Below the pieces are notes generated by a model. That model was given only the letters and a program-made list of their open reading frames with translations. It did not search any database and was not told where the DNA came from. From Naegleria gruberi (Eukaryota): 64,000 nt of DNA. A program made the position numbers and the translations under genes. Positions 11,863-23,299 of the stretch are shown here, piece by piece (positions within the stretch are counted from its first letter, which is position 1; every line of letters starts with the position of its first letter). The stretch lies in NCBI GenBank assembly GCA_000004985.1, contig GG738896.1; one strand, 5' to 3'.

Positions 11863-12309
11863 CTACAGATATTGTTGATTGGAATATGAATTTTTCAAGT
11901 AAACAATTGAAGAATGAAATAAATTTGAATCTTGTATAGAATCTTCATAATCTGATAACGTATTATTACTATGAGATAATGTTAATGTATTACTATGTGA
12001 TGATTCATATGGATGTGGATATAATAATGTTGGAGTTGGTGGTGTTTGAGGTGTAATATCAAACTCTGTTATTTCTGTCAAGCCTTCTTCTTCAATTGTA
12101 TGTTCATGTTCTGTACTCATATCATAATGATGATAATGGTGTTTACTGTTATGATGTTTATGATGCACTTTATGTTCAATAACAATGTCATAGTAGTTAG
12201 TGGTATTATTATTATTATTATTGGTATTAGTAGTTGTAGTATTGGATATCGAAGAGTTCAAAGTCTTCTTTTCTTTACGTGAGGTGGCTTTGTTGAATTT
12301 GTTGCCCAT
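11863..12309 (-). CDS. hypothetical His-rich protein with N-terminal MGNK motif
   Basis: 148-aa ORF. HHKHHNSKHHYHH histidine cluster. N-terminal Met-Gly is weakly myristoylation-like. Confidence 0.4.
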   Translation of the reverse strand: MGNKFNKATSRKEKKTLNSSISNTTTTNTNNNNNNTTNYYDIVIEHKVHHKHHNSKHHYHHYDMSTEHEHTIEEEGLTEITEFDITPQTPPTPTLLYPHPYESSHSNTLTLSHSNNTLSDYEDSIQDSNLFHSSIVYLKNSYSNQQYL

Positions 12310-12469
12310 TTTGAGTTGTTTTTTTGTGTTTGTTGGTTTAATCCATTGTGCATTCCAAAGGTCATTTTGTGTTGTTTAAAATTTTCCTTATCCGAATTAT
12401 TTTGCGTCCAATTTCTTTAGAATTGTTATTTTAAATATGCCCTTTTTTGGTCACATTCTCACAAATTTG

Positions 12470-12519
12470 NNNNNNNNNNNNNNNNNNNNNNNNNNNNNNN
12501 NNNNNNNNNNNNNNNNNNN
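12470..12519. other. assembly gap (run of 50 N)
   Basis: Literal n characters in the sequence. Confidence 0.97.
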
Positions 12520-12553
12520 TTAATTTTTATTAAAAGATGATAAATAGTACAAT

Positions 12554-15038
12554 TTAAGCAACGTATTGAATCGTGGAAGAATCCTTAGCATCACGTTCCA
12601 AATATTCTCTGGCAATCAAATCTTCAACTCTTCTCTTAATCAACTTTGGATCTGGTTGGAAGTGAGAACTCAATTGTTTGATAGTTTCAGTCATCAATTC
12701 TTGATACTTGAGAATCTTTCTTGTCTTCATAATACGAACAAGAGCAGCATCAATAACGTATTTTCTTTCTTCTTGTGCCTTTTGACTGATATCTTGCTTT
12801 TGTTGTTGAGTAACGTGAACAACAACGTTTGGAATCTTAATTCTTCTTTGTGGACTTTCAAAATCAGCATTAACAGTAAACTTATCAGTTGGATTAACAG
12901 CCTTCTTATTACCATCAGTACTCAAAAGATTGGCAGCTTTAGTAGCACAGAGAGAAAGTAAATTTCTCTTAATTTCTGTTGGTGGTAAATTCAAAGAATT
13001 TTGAATATCTTGGAATGTCATTTCAGCTTGGTTATTGAAAAGTAATAAAATACAAGCTTGATAAGTGTTGGTTGAAATTTCCTTTGTACCAGCAGAGAAA
13101 CGACCAGTAACAATGGCAGTACCAAGAGAGTGAATCCAATCTAACTTTCTTTGTTGGGTAATAGAATCGTAGAACTTTTTAAAAGTATCTAAACAAACAG
13201 ATAATTCTTGTGGAATTGTCATCTTATCAATCTTCATTTGAGGCCAACAACCAAGTGTTAAAACTTCTGGATTGAAATCAAATGGTAAAGTAATACTCTT
13301 ATTTGTTGTATAATTCTTAAAGTCATTTCTCAAATTTTCTGAAATACTCTTATCTTTGATCATACCTTCTAACTTTTGAGTGAATGACATACCCATACGC
13401 ATCTTAAGTTTACCAATAAAGTTTCTTTCAGCATCCAAGTTCAAACGACTTGCAACCAACAATCTCTTACTCAAATGTTCTCTATAGAAAGCCAAGAACA
13501 TATCCTTATCTTTCAAATAACCGAACAACTTGACAATATTTTCTAAAAGTTCATCCAAGTTTTCTTCACCAACCTTATCAACTTCCTTCATAATAGAATC
13601 ACAATATGTTGAAATTAATTCAGCAGTTGTAGATCTATTCTTATCACCTGGTGAAACAACTTCTAAATTGACAAAATGAGTGAAAGCATCTCTCAAAGCA
13701 TCCAAGAAGAGTGGATTTTGTTTAAATTGGATATTAACCAATTTAGAATAAGTTAAATGTAATTTGAGTAACTCTTCAATATATCCTTTGGCATCAATGT
13801 TTTCTTGTTGACATTGGTTAGTGTGAATTTTAACACCTTCTTCAGTAATAAAATCTCTAAGCTTTTCTGACATTGGTTGCAATGATTCAATTCTATCAAA
13901 CAAAGTATACATTCTAGATAAATCTTCATGCTTATCACCAGTCTTTAACAAAGCAACGAGACCTGAACCATCCATGTTCAAAAGTGTTGTTTGATGCTTT
14001 CTAATAAGTTCATCTTGAACTTTAGAAATAAGTTTAGGCTTGGTATTTGTATGAAGATAAGCAGTAGCTCTTCTTTCTTCACTTTCTAATTTTTCTTCTG
14101 TCTTTTTCATATAATCTGGACAAGAATCTTCAGCGATCCATTTAGAACTTTGAATACTATAATAACTTTGAGTGTTTTGTAATAAAGTACGTTCAAAATC
14201 TTCATCATAAGCATTCAAACTACCCAAACCCATTTCAATGAAGAGAGTAATACCATCTTTCATCATTGATCTATCAATTAAATCACCTTCTCTTTCCTTG
14301 TAAATTTTATCTAAAAGGGCTTGAGCCATATCTTTCTTGATACTTCCATAAACCAATTCTTGATAACACTTCAATCCTACATTTCTCAAGTCATCACGAT
14401 TGTTGTGTTTGGTATAGTATCTATCAAGATAATTGTATAATTTGACCATGTAACGAACAACAAGTTGGTGATCTCTCCATCTCTTAACAGCTTCCATCAA
14501 TAAACCATCACCTTGTTTTTCCTTTAAAGCAACAACAACCAATGACTTTAAATAATCACTAATACAAGTTCTATAGCGATCATACAATAATTCTGTTGCT
14601 CCTCCCTTCTTGTTGGTATCAACCTTTTGTGTACACAAATTGAATACAGTACTATTTAGTTTGTTGTTGTTATTATTATTTTTGATCATTATCAAATTTG
14701 ATCACGTATAACATTTTGTTATTATTATTGTTATTGGAACGTCATCATCATCCATGATGAATAAATAAAATTTATCATTAAAATAATTTTTTGATCGCAC
14801 CACTATTTTCAATACTAAATACTACTTACGAATACAAATCAGCATATTCATTATAGTCAAAAGGCTTGCTCATATTCTTGTCCAAAAAGTCGATCAATTT
14901 ATTGAAGCCTTGTTGCAAGTATTTCCACTTGCCTTCAAAGTCAGGAGCTTCTTGTTTACCAGAACCTGTAGCTTTTTCTATGGTTTGGACGTCCTTCTTG
15001 GCATCAGTCTTGCCAATAAAACTTTGAAAGAAAGGCAT
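12554..15038 (-). CDS. cullin (E3 ubiquitin ligase scaffold), 2 exons, about 768 aa
   Basis: Exons on minus strand: 15038..14830 and 14651..12554. The 178-nt intron has a GTAAGT donor and an AATAG acceptor. The C-terminal neddylation/winged-helix region IDAALVRIMKTRKILKYQELMTETIKQL…YLERDAKDSSTIQYVA is diagnostic. The N-terminal exon aligns to the cullin N-terminus (…YNEYADLYS). Confidence 0.9.
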
Positions 15039-15688
15039 TGCAGAGAGGAAATTGATTTAATTTTTTTTAAAATATGCTGCTAGATAGTGGAAATGTTTGT
15101 TGGCTGATCTATTTTCAGCACGCTGTGTGAGAACAAGAGAGAAGCTCTTGGCAGTGAACTTGGTTACAACACTGTTCATTTTATGTCATCATATGGACCA
15201 GAGCAAATATTTGGGAAGGCTTTTTTGCAACAGTCGCATTCGAGATTGAATTGTTCAACAAGTGTTCTCATCATCACATCTTCTGTTATCCAATCATTCA
15301 ACTCTTATTCATATTAAATAGATGCGGAAGAAAATTATTGGAGTAGATTCTTATTGAAATGATTCAAACTCAGCCACTTAAATAATCATAAACAATCTAA
15401 CAGTGATTGGTGCAAGAAAACTCTAAATCACTATCATTAAAGTGTTCTAACAACAAAGTTTAAAATCACTTAGAGAATAATTCAAACAAGTGAACAATAA
15501 TTTAGCTTAGAAGGATGACTGAGGCAGTGTCTTGATTCCCATAATAATATTATTGGAATTGGTCATTAATTGACTAATTCTGAAAAATTCATCAACATTT
15601 CATCAAATTGAATTAATTGCAAATAAGTTGTTTATTTTGTAAATTATTTTGTAAGATTGTTAATAATATTTTGTTAATATTAACATAT

Positions 15689-18121
15689 TTAAAAGCCAGA
15701 ATCATACACATTGGATGACACGTATGAAATAACTACTTTTGAAGGTGAAAAGTTGTGATCCATCACTTTCTTGCTGGAATACTGCTGCTGTTGTTGTTGT
15801 TGTTGTTGTTGAATCATTGCATTAGTATTACATAATGGTTGACAATGATTATCAACACTCAATTTACCATAATTATCAACAACCATCATTAGAAAATCTT
15901 CATTATTATTGGTACTACTATGAGTATTTTCACTCTGACTCAATAACATTGCATTCTCTTCTTCTTCTTCTTCTAATGAATCATGATGTTGTAATTGATC
16001 TGCTGATGATGATCTTCCATGATTCATCATTATTATATCATGATCATCAATGAGTTCAATATCTTGATAATCATCATTTTGATTGTAATCATCTAATTGT
16101 TGTTGCTGTTGTTCTAACAGTTGTTGTTGTTGTAATTGTTGTAATTCAATTAAATGATCCTTCTTAATTGATTTTAAAGTATTAAAAGCTTCTAATTTTA
16201 AATCATTTGATGAGAGCATATTTTCTTCCCATGCAGTATCGAATGGTGAAAGTGGAATATTCAAATCAGATTGATCATAAAATTCTCTAAAATAAGGATG
16301 TAATAGAGCATCTAATGGATTAATACGTTTGTACATGTTAAAAGTTAACATTCTCTTCATTAAATCAATTGCCATTGGACAAGTGTTTGGTGGTAATCTT
16401 TTTGTAAATGATCTTCTTTTACAAATTGGAAATTTGTTATAAATATAATCACGTGCTGCTTCTGATCCATTAAAATCATCAATGGCAGGTGTACCTAATT
16501 GTTTTATAATTCTTTGAATTTGGTCAATTGAACCACTTCCTTTAAATAAAACTTCACCTTTACCTGATAATAATTCATACATGATACATCCAACTGACCA
16601 CATATCAAGTGTCTTGTTATACACTTGTGTTGCATTTGTTAATAATTCAGGTGGTCTATACCATCTCGAAACAACATAATTACTTGAGAGTTTAGTTTGA
16701 TTTTCACTCAAATCATCTTCTTCATTACCATTATTATTATTAATATTATTAATACCATTATTTTGATTAGAATGATTAGAATGATTCATCATCATTGTAC
16801 CAAGTGGATTATTATTAGTAATATTGTTAATATCAATGATATGAGATTGAGGTGAAGATGATGATAATTGTTTCTTATTCTGAAGAGAATTGTAATAACC
16901 TCTTGCTAAACCAAAATCACAAATAGCAACATCACACTGACTATTCACTAGTATATTTTCAGGTTTTAAATCTCTATGTAAAATCTTTGCTTTTTGCATA
17001 TAATAAACAGAGAGACATATTTGATACATGAACCATTTAACATGTTTAGGAGAGAGTGATTGACCACTATCAAATATATCACGTAAATCAGCTTCCATTA
17101 AACTTGTTATCATTTCAATATCTCTTAATTGATTTAATTGATTTGGAACATAAACATCTTTTAAATTAACTATATATGGACAATTTCTAAAATGATGTAA
17201 CATTTTCAATTCTCTTAACATTCTCAATTGATGTAATTTACCACTATTATTAAATGCTACATATTTACCATTATTTGTGGTGGAATTTGTTGATTGATTT
17301 AAATCATTTTCATCTGGAAATACTCTAATATTCTTTTTCAAGGCAAATTGTTGATCAGTTTGTAATTCTTTACAAATAGCAACAACGCCATACGTTCCAC
17401 TACCAATTATTTCTGTTACTTTATATTTATCAATGGGTGTATCAAAACTATGATTTTGAACTGTTTGTTTGTTGTTATTGTTCTTGTTATTGTTATTGTA
17501 ATTACTTTTGGATTCTTCTTCTACTTGTTGTTGTTGTTGAATAGTATTATTATTATTATTATTAGCATTGATATTAGCATTGTTATTACAATTATTATTA
17601 TTGTTAATGATATTATTGTTATTGATTTGATTATTACAATTAAATAATTGTGATTGATTAATGTTATTATTGATACATGATTGAGAGTTAGATTGAAGAT
17701 GATTGGTAGTAGATAAGTTAGTAATTGTAGTAGTAGTAGTAGTATTAGTAGTTGTATTATTATTATTATTGGAAGTGTAATTATTATTGTAATGATTATT
17801 AATCATTGTACTTGTTGATGACAATTGATTATTATAATACATTTGTGATGATGGAAATGACGTTATTGTTGATGTTGTACAATTAACAGTTGAATTTGTA
17901 TTATTACAATTAGATCCTCCTCCTCCTGATTTTGTAATATATTGTTGTTGTTGTTGTTGATAATTATTATTATTATACATGTGATTATGTTGCTGTTGTT
18001 GTATGGATGGCATTCTTGTTGTGGAATAAAAATCGGTTATTGTTGAATTAAAGTTAGAAGAAGCAGTTGTTGTTGTTGTTGGAGGTAGTTGTTGATCAAC
18101 GAGGTCATGACATGTAGACAT
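15689..18121 (-). CDS. CMGC-group Ser/Thr protein kinase (MAPK/CDK-like) with long low-complexity inserts
   Basis: 810-aa ORF. Motifs: IGSGTYGVV, ALKK, HRDLKPENILV, DFGLARG, long activation-loop insert, then YVVSRWYRPPELL, DMWSVGCIMYELL. Poly-Q/N tracts. Confidence 0.8.
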   Translation of the reverse strand: MSTCHDLVDQQLPPTTTTTASSNFNSTITDFYSTTRMPSIQQQQHNHMYNNNNYQQQQQQYITKSGGGGSNCNNTNSTVNCTTSTITSFPSSQMYYNNQLSSTSTMINNHYNNNYTSNNNNNTTTNTTTTTTITNLSTTNHLQSNSQSCINNNINQSQLFNCNNQINNNNIINNNNNCNNNANINANNNNNNTIQQQQQVEEESKSNYNNNNKNNNNKQTVQNHSFDTPIDKYKVTEIIGSGTYGVVAICKELQTDQQFALKKNIRVFPDENDLNQSTNSTTNNGKYVAFNNSGKLHQLRMLRELKMLHHFRNCPYIVNLKDVYVPNQLNQLRDIEMITSLMEADLRDIFDSGQSLSPKHVKWFMYQICLSVYYMQKAKILHRDLKPENILVNSQCDVAICDFGLARGYYNSLQNKKQLSSSSPQSHIIDINNITNNNPLGTMMMNHSNHSNQNNGINNINNNNGNEEDDLSENQTKLSSNYVVSRWYRPPELLTNATQVYNKTLDMWSVGCIMYELLSGKGEVLFKGSGSIDQIQRIIKQLGTPAIDDFNGSEAARDYIYNKFPICKRRSFTKRLPPNTCPMAIDLMKRMLTFNMYKRINPLDALLHPYFREFYDQSDLNIPLSPFDTAWEENMLSSNDLKLEAFNTLKSIKKDHLIELQQLQQQQLLEQQQQQLDDYNQNDDYQDIELIDDHDIIMMNHGRSSSADQLQHHDSLEEEEEENAMLLSQSENTHSSTNNNEDFLMMVVDNYGKLSVDNHCQPLCNTNAMIQQQQQQQQQQYSSKKVMDHNFSPSKVVISYVSSNVYDSGF

Positions 18122-19021
18122 TTTCTATGTTAATATTGATTATTGGCAGTTGGGTAGAAATCTCTTGAAATGAAATGTTAGGCTGAAGTTGATTTGAAAA
18201 GCTTAATTTAAAAGACTTTTGATATTAAGTGACACTTTCAATAATCCCTAAAAAGTAACCGTGAAGTTGAGAAGGAACGTTTCGTAATAAGGTTTTCGGT
18301 GGTTTCTGGTAAATTTTCAACTAAATTGTCCTCTGCTCGTTTGTTGTATAAATTTTAAAATGATAATTTAAATATTAATTTGAATATATTGTAAAGTATT
18401 AATATAGTATTTTTCAATATATTAATGAATGGTATCAATTAAATTGTTTGAGAGGAGAATATAATGTTTTTGTTTTTTTTCAATGTTTTTCTTTAAATTT
18501 TTTCAATATTTAGATTGTTAACTGTTTTGGTCAATTGAATATTGACGCGAATTTCAACATTTTTATAAATCATCTAAAAATGAAGAGTATGAGAGACATT
18601 ATTGTTATCCATGAAAGAAGAATGGATAAACATTTTGATATCAATACTACTAATAAGGTCACTTTCTAATTTAGCATCTGACTTTTATTGTTGATGGTTT
18701 GATTTTTGGCATTTTTCATATTTATTAATTTTAATGAACTACATTCACTTGATGATAATGTCTTGATTCAGAAAGTATGTATTTATAGGTAATTACATTC
18801 TAAATATGAATCTTTACAATATGCATTACAGTTATTATTAAGATTTCATAATTGTAAAGTTTGAAAAATAATTTATTTAGATTCGTGGTGGTACTAAATT
18901 CTGACACTCTTTAAAATTGTCAGTAGTACTTTCTATTTACACATTCGTATTATTAAATATTTACAAGTTTAAATTCTTCTTAGTATTATTATTATTGGCA
19001 ACTATCATTCTTTCATAATAC

Positions 19022-19489
19022 TTAATAAAATTTAGAATAGGCAGTAGAATAAACCCAATCAAGAAAAACATCTTGAATAACATCACCTGATAAATGTTCT
19101 GTCAAGTGATGTTCCTTTGGAATGACAAAGTTTGCATTGCATTTTCTACTACCATTACTACTAGCATTATTTGTTGTCTTGATTGTTAAATTTGGTTTAG
19201 TTCTCTTCTTCTTATTTGATGATGGTGAACCATTTGATGATAATGATGAGGATGATGGTGAAGATGAACTACTAGATGATGATGATGAATTTGAATAGGA
19301 ACTGTTAGTGGTATCAATTTGGAGAGTTGACTTGAGAGTGTTAACACTTTCAAGTTTAGTCATTGTAGAAGATTTCTTATTAGATTTTTCTTGTTGATTC
19401 TTTTTTGATTTTTTGGAAGTAAAGAGGTTTTGAAACTTGAGAATGACTGAAGTAAAGGCTTCATCATGGAAGATATCGAGTGGAGACAT
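19022..19489 (-). CDS. hypothetical Ser-rich protein
   Basis: 155-aa ORF. Poly-S tract. Confidence 0.4.
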   Translation of the reverse strand: MSPLDIFHDEAFTSVILKFQNLFTSKKSKKNQQEKSNKKSSTMTKLESVNTLKSTLQIDTTNSSYSNSSSSSSSSSSPSSSSLSSNGSPSSNKKKRTKPNLTIKTTNNASSNGSRKCNANFVIPKEHHLTEHLSGDVIQDVFLDWVYSTAYSKFY

Positions 19490-19926
19490 TTTTTCTTAAT
19501 ATTGTTTGTTGTGAATAATTGCAAAGTTTTACCGTTGTACTATTTATATTTTTTGCGTCTATTAAGAATCTAATGTTGCGATGCCGACACGTACGAGGGA
19601 CTCTTGTCGTTGCAAAATTAATTTTTGCTGCTGCGAAGAAATACGTCCAATAAGGGCGCACCGGTTTCAACTCTATCAAGTAGTGCGCAAAAGGATTTTG
19701 TTCGAAGGCCATGTTCTTAGAGAGAAAATAGATTCTAAATGAATGGTTTAGAAGGATGGCATTTCCTTGTTCTTGGGTTGACTTTAAAATTCAGTGAGGA
19801 AGGAAGTGTCATCTAAAACTACGATGAGCTGGCTAATGACTTGGATTGATGGAAGGAAAGTGCGAGACACTGAACTCATTCTAGTTCGTTTGAAAAATGA
19901 AGCAAAAACAATTTAACAAAAGGAAT

Positions 19927-19999
19927 CGCCCACCGTGGGGGTCGAACCCACGACCACAAGGTTAAGAGCCTTGCGCTCTACCGACTGAGCTAGACGGGC
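19927..19999 (-). tRNA. tRNA-Lys (anticodon CUU)
   Basis: The reverse complement GCCCGTCTAGCTCAGTCGGTAGAGCGCAAGGCTCTTAACCTTGTGGTCGTGGGTTCGACCCCCACGGTGGGCG folds as a cloverleaf. A and B boxes are present. It closely matches eukaryotic tRNA-Lys-CTT. Confidence 0.9.
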
Positions 20000-20336
20000 T
20001 TCACGTCCTAACACAACTACAAGATATTTTGTGTTTATCTTATTGTCAATTCCCATGTAGGGAAGTTTGTCATTTGGAATTACATGATGCTATAGTTTGC
20101 TATTCTCTTTAAATTAGACAATCAACACAAAAATCAACAGTTCAACAAAAGATGGTGGATGGAGTTAATTACTTGTTCGACAATAGTATGTATGTACATG
20201 AGTTTATTTACATGTTAGAATATCAAATACATATGTTAGAAAGAATGAATTAAATACACTGCTGATGAAAGGCTTTTTGTTTCATTTTTTGATATTAAGA
20301 AAAATACAATGTATTGAACAACTGGCAAAAGGAACT

Positions 20337-20409
20337 CTCCCCCTGGTGGGCTCGAACCACCGACCTGCAGATTAACAGTCTGACGCTCTACCGACTGAGC
20401 TAAGGGGGA
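20337..20409 (-). tRNA. tRNA-Asn (anticodon GUU)
   Basis: The reverse complement TCCCCCTTAGCTCAGTCGGTAGAGCGTCAGACTGTTAATCTGCAGGTCGGTGGTTCGAGCCCACCAGGGGGAG has a 7-bp acceptor stem. The anticodon loop is CTGTTAA. The T-arm GGTGGTTCGAGCCCACC is typical of tRNA-Asn. Confidence 0.85.
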
Positions 20410-20569
20410 ATTCATAGGCTGTTGAAAATATCTATAAATCTTATCATATATCGATAGAATGAAAAAACACAAAGCAAACTATTTAACTAATATAAGATTT
20501 CAGGCTTACTTTCTTCCTATGTGTAGCATTAAAAATTGCAAGTTTAGAGAGGAAAAAAAAAGTTCAAAA

Positions 20570-21058
20570 AAAATGTCAAAGGTTGATGAAAAAATTCTTA
20601 GAAAGAAAGTTGCTGCCATCTTAAAGTCACAATCTGATGACGACACTGTTTCACTTAAAACCATCAGAGAAGCCCTTGAAAAGGATTTAGGAGTTTCTCT
20701 TTCATCACAAAAGGATGTTTTAAAAACCATCATTAAAGAGGAAATGAACAAAAATCAAGAGGAAGAAGAGGAAGAATCAAATAAGAGAAAACATAATGAT
20801 TCCGATAATGAGGATGAACCATCAGAAAAGAAACAAAAATCATCACACAAAATTACTAAAGCCGATAATGGTGACTTGGTTGTTTTCTTTACTGATAAAA
20901 AGAGAATTACTGTCAATGAATTTAAAAAGTCAAAATATGTTCATATCAGAGAATATTATGAAGATAAACCAACAAAGAAAGGTGTTGCTATGAGTAGAGA
21001 TGAATGGACTAGATTTAAAACCTATATTGATACAATTGATGAAATGATGAATATGTAA
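20570..21058 (+). CDS. PC4/Sub1-family transcriptional coactivator with N-terminal DEK-C-like domain (plant KELP-like architecture)
   Basis: The start was chosen at MSKVDEK. The longer ORF from 20459 overlaps the tRNA-Asn gene. The C-terminal DLVVFFTDKKRITVNEFKKSKYVHIREYYEDKPTKKGVAMSRDEWTRFK matches the PC4 ssDNA-binding domain. The N-terminal ILRKKVAAILKS…LKTIREALEKDLGVSLSSQKDVLKTII resembles the DEK C-terminal domain. Confidence 0.75.
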   Translation, partial: KMSKVDEKILRKKVAAILKSQSDDDTVSLKTIREALEKDLGVSLSSQKDVLKTIIKEEMNKNQEEEEEESNKRKHNDSDNEDEPSEKKQKSSHKITKADNGDLVVFFTDKKRITVNEFKKSKYVHIREYYEDKPTKKGVAMSRDEWTRFKTYIDTIDEMMNM

Positions 21059-21161
21059 ATAAATTATTCTTAGTTATTCTTGTTAATACTATATATTCTA
21101 CAATTATGTTCATGAGATAAATAGTAAATATATTAATATAAATTAATTAGTAAGTTATTGA

Positions 21162-21374
21162 TCATGATGAAAAGAATAAAATCATGAGGAAAATAACAAT
21201 AAAATTCCAAATTGCAATAAAAACTCTCAAAGCCTGAACATCCGAAATAAATTGTTTAATAGTTTCCATCACCGATGATTGTTCCTTTGGTAGAATATTA
21301 AAATTAAGAACGGCAATAGAATTTATCAGTAATGTAAACCCGATAATAAGATCACTGAATGATAAAAGAGCCAT
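21162..21374 (-). CDS. Yos1 / IER3IP1-family small ER-Golgi membrane protein (70 aa)
   Basis: Two hydrophobic helices. Colinear similarity to human IER3IP1 (LL.A.LL.N.IAVL….; …R.V…PLI..N.I.I…LLF). Confidence 0.7.
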   Translation of the reverse strand: MALLSFSDLIIGFTLLINSIAVLNFNILPKEQSSVMETIKQFISDVQALRVFIAIWNFIVIFLMILFFSS

Positions 21375-22049
21375 TTTTTTATAATTTAAATTCTAAAATC
21401 TGTATTAAAGAAACAACAAGGCTTTGAAAATTAATATGATTTGACTTAACAAATTTTTCCTAAATATTACCGAGTATTACAAAATTGGAAGAAAATATTA
21501 ATCTATTAAACATTTAGATTTAAATATTTTCTCATCTGTAATCTCAACATTTTGTAATATTTTAGTCTTTTAATTGAAAATATTTAATATTTGATTCCGA
21601 TAATCACATGATAGGAATGAATCAAATTCATACAACAGATCTACCCAATTAAATATTGGAATATATTTTGAATATTGAAATATCATCTTGTATTAACAAT
21701 TATGTGCATTTCAATTAGAAAATTCTAATTAATGAAAGATTACAACAATACTTAATTGAAAACTTTTGTGATATTTTTTATTAATTTTTCAAGTTTTATT
21801 CAAATATTATTCATGATTGTAATGTCATTCATCTATCACACATTGAAATTCAAATTTTGTAATGCAAAGTATGAAATAATACATCCTTTTTAATTATCCG
21901 TTATATTTCCTCCAATAACTTCACTCCCTCACAGTCCGCGCATTTCAACACAGAGAAAACCACCATTTTAAAGTGTTTAAGAGAGAAGGACTTTATGATT
22001 CAAAGAAAATTAATTTAATTGATTGGAATCATGATGTGGTGATCGATAT

Positions 22050-23115
22050 ATGATCATCAATAAAAAAATGATTAGAAGATTATTCGTATTGGGTGGTGCT
22101 GCTGGTGCTACCTTTGCAGGCTATCATCATTATAATAAGCCTTTCACTCATGATAATAGATTTGATCAACATGTTGAATTGGAAGGAGCCTTCTCACCAG
22201 AAACATTTAAAGCCTACAAATTGAAGGAAATTACACCACTCTCTCACGATACAAGTATTTATACATTTGCATTGGAAGATACCAAGGAGGATAATCTCAC
22301 TGTACCATACAAGATGAATGTTCCTGTTGCTAGTTGTATTGTTGCCAAGGCTCAAGTTGCTGATGAGGTTGTTGTGAGGCCATATACACCAATCAACAAA
22401 TCAGATGATGTTGGAAAGATGGAATTGTTGGTAAAGAGTTATCCTACTGGTAAATTGAGTAAACATTTCTCACAACTTGCTGTTGGTGATCAAATTGAAT
22501 TCAAGGGTCCTTTCGTAAAGATTGATTATAAACCAAATTATAAGAAGGAAATGGCATTCATTGTTGGTATGTTTTTATTGTTTTTATGATGATTATTTAT
22601 ATATTAATTTTATTTATTAATATTATATTATTCATATAATTGTTTTTATTTAAATAATTTCTTCTAATAATTAAATTAAAATAATGAATATAGGTGGTAC
22701 AGGAATTACTCCAGCCTATCAAATTATTCAAAGAGTTTTATCTCAAACCAATGAAGATAAAACCAAGTTAACACTTTTATATGCCTCAAGAACACCTGAA
22801 GATATTTTACTCAAGAAGGAATTGGATACTCTTGCTAAGAAATATCCACAACAATTCAAGATTTATTATACTGTAGATTCTGATCCAAATCAAAAGGCTG
22901 ATTCTTCAATTCAAGGAAGAGGTTTTGTAAATAAGGAAATGATTGAAAAGGCTGGTATTCCAAAACCATCTGAAGATGTTTTGGTTTCAGTTTGTGGACC
23001 AATGCCTTTCTATGATATGTTATCAGGAAGAAAGAAATCACCACAAGAACAAGGTGAACTTAGTGGACTTTTGAAACAAATGGGTTATGATGAAAAGACT
23101 GTTTACAAATTTTAA
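22050..23115 (+). CDS. NADH-cytochrome b5 reductase (FAD/NAD-binding ferredoxin reductase type), 2 exons
   Basis: Exons: 22050..22566 and 22694..23115. The 127-nt intron splits the GGTGITP NAD-binding motif (…FIVG|GTGITPAYQ). Motifs RPYTPIN, MELLVKSY, GPMPF. The N-terminal membrane anchor is MIRRLFVLGGAAGATFAGY. Confidence 0.9.
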
Positions 23116-23299
23116 ATTATTAAATTTTTTAATGACCTATTGCTAAATATGGGTTTTTTAACAACAAGAAAGAATTAATATTATATATCATTAATTTTGT
23201 TTACAGAATATATTATCTTTACAAAACTTTACAAGATTCCACACTTGTGTGTGATATTAAAATAGATGATGAATTAGTTGACTAAACTCTTCAAAAAAA

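Noticed and set aside
12046-12282. 78-aa plus ORF rich in M/F
   Set aside because: It is antisense to the His-rich gene, an artefact of CAT/CAC-rich antisense.
12470-12519. N-run
   Set aside because: It is an assembly gap placeholder, not biological sequence. It is noted only as a caveat for the flanking gene models.
17450-17647. 65-aa I/V-rich plus ORF
   Set aside because: It is antisense to the N-rich insert of the CMGC kinase gene.
20236-20472. 78-aa minus-strand ORF
   Set aside because: It is the tRNA-Asn(GUU) gene, and part of its flank, translated. It is not a protein gene.
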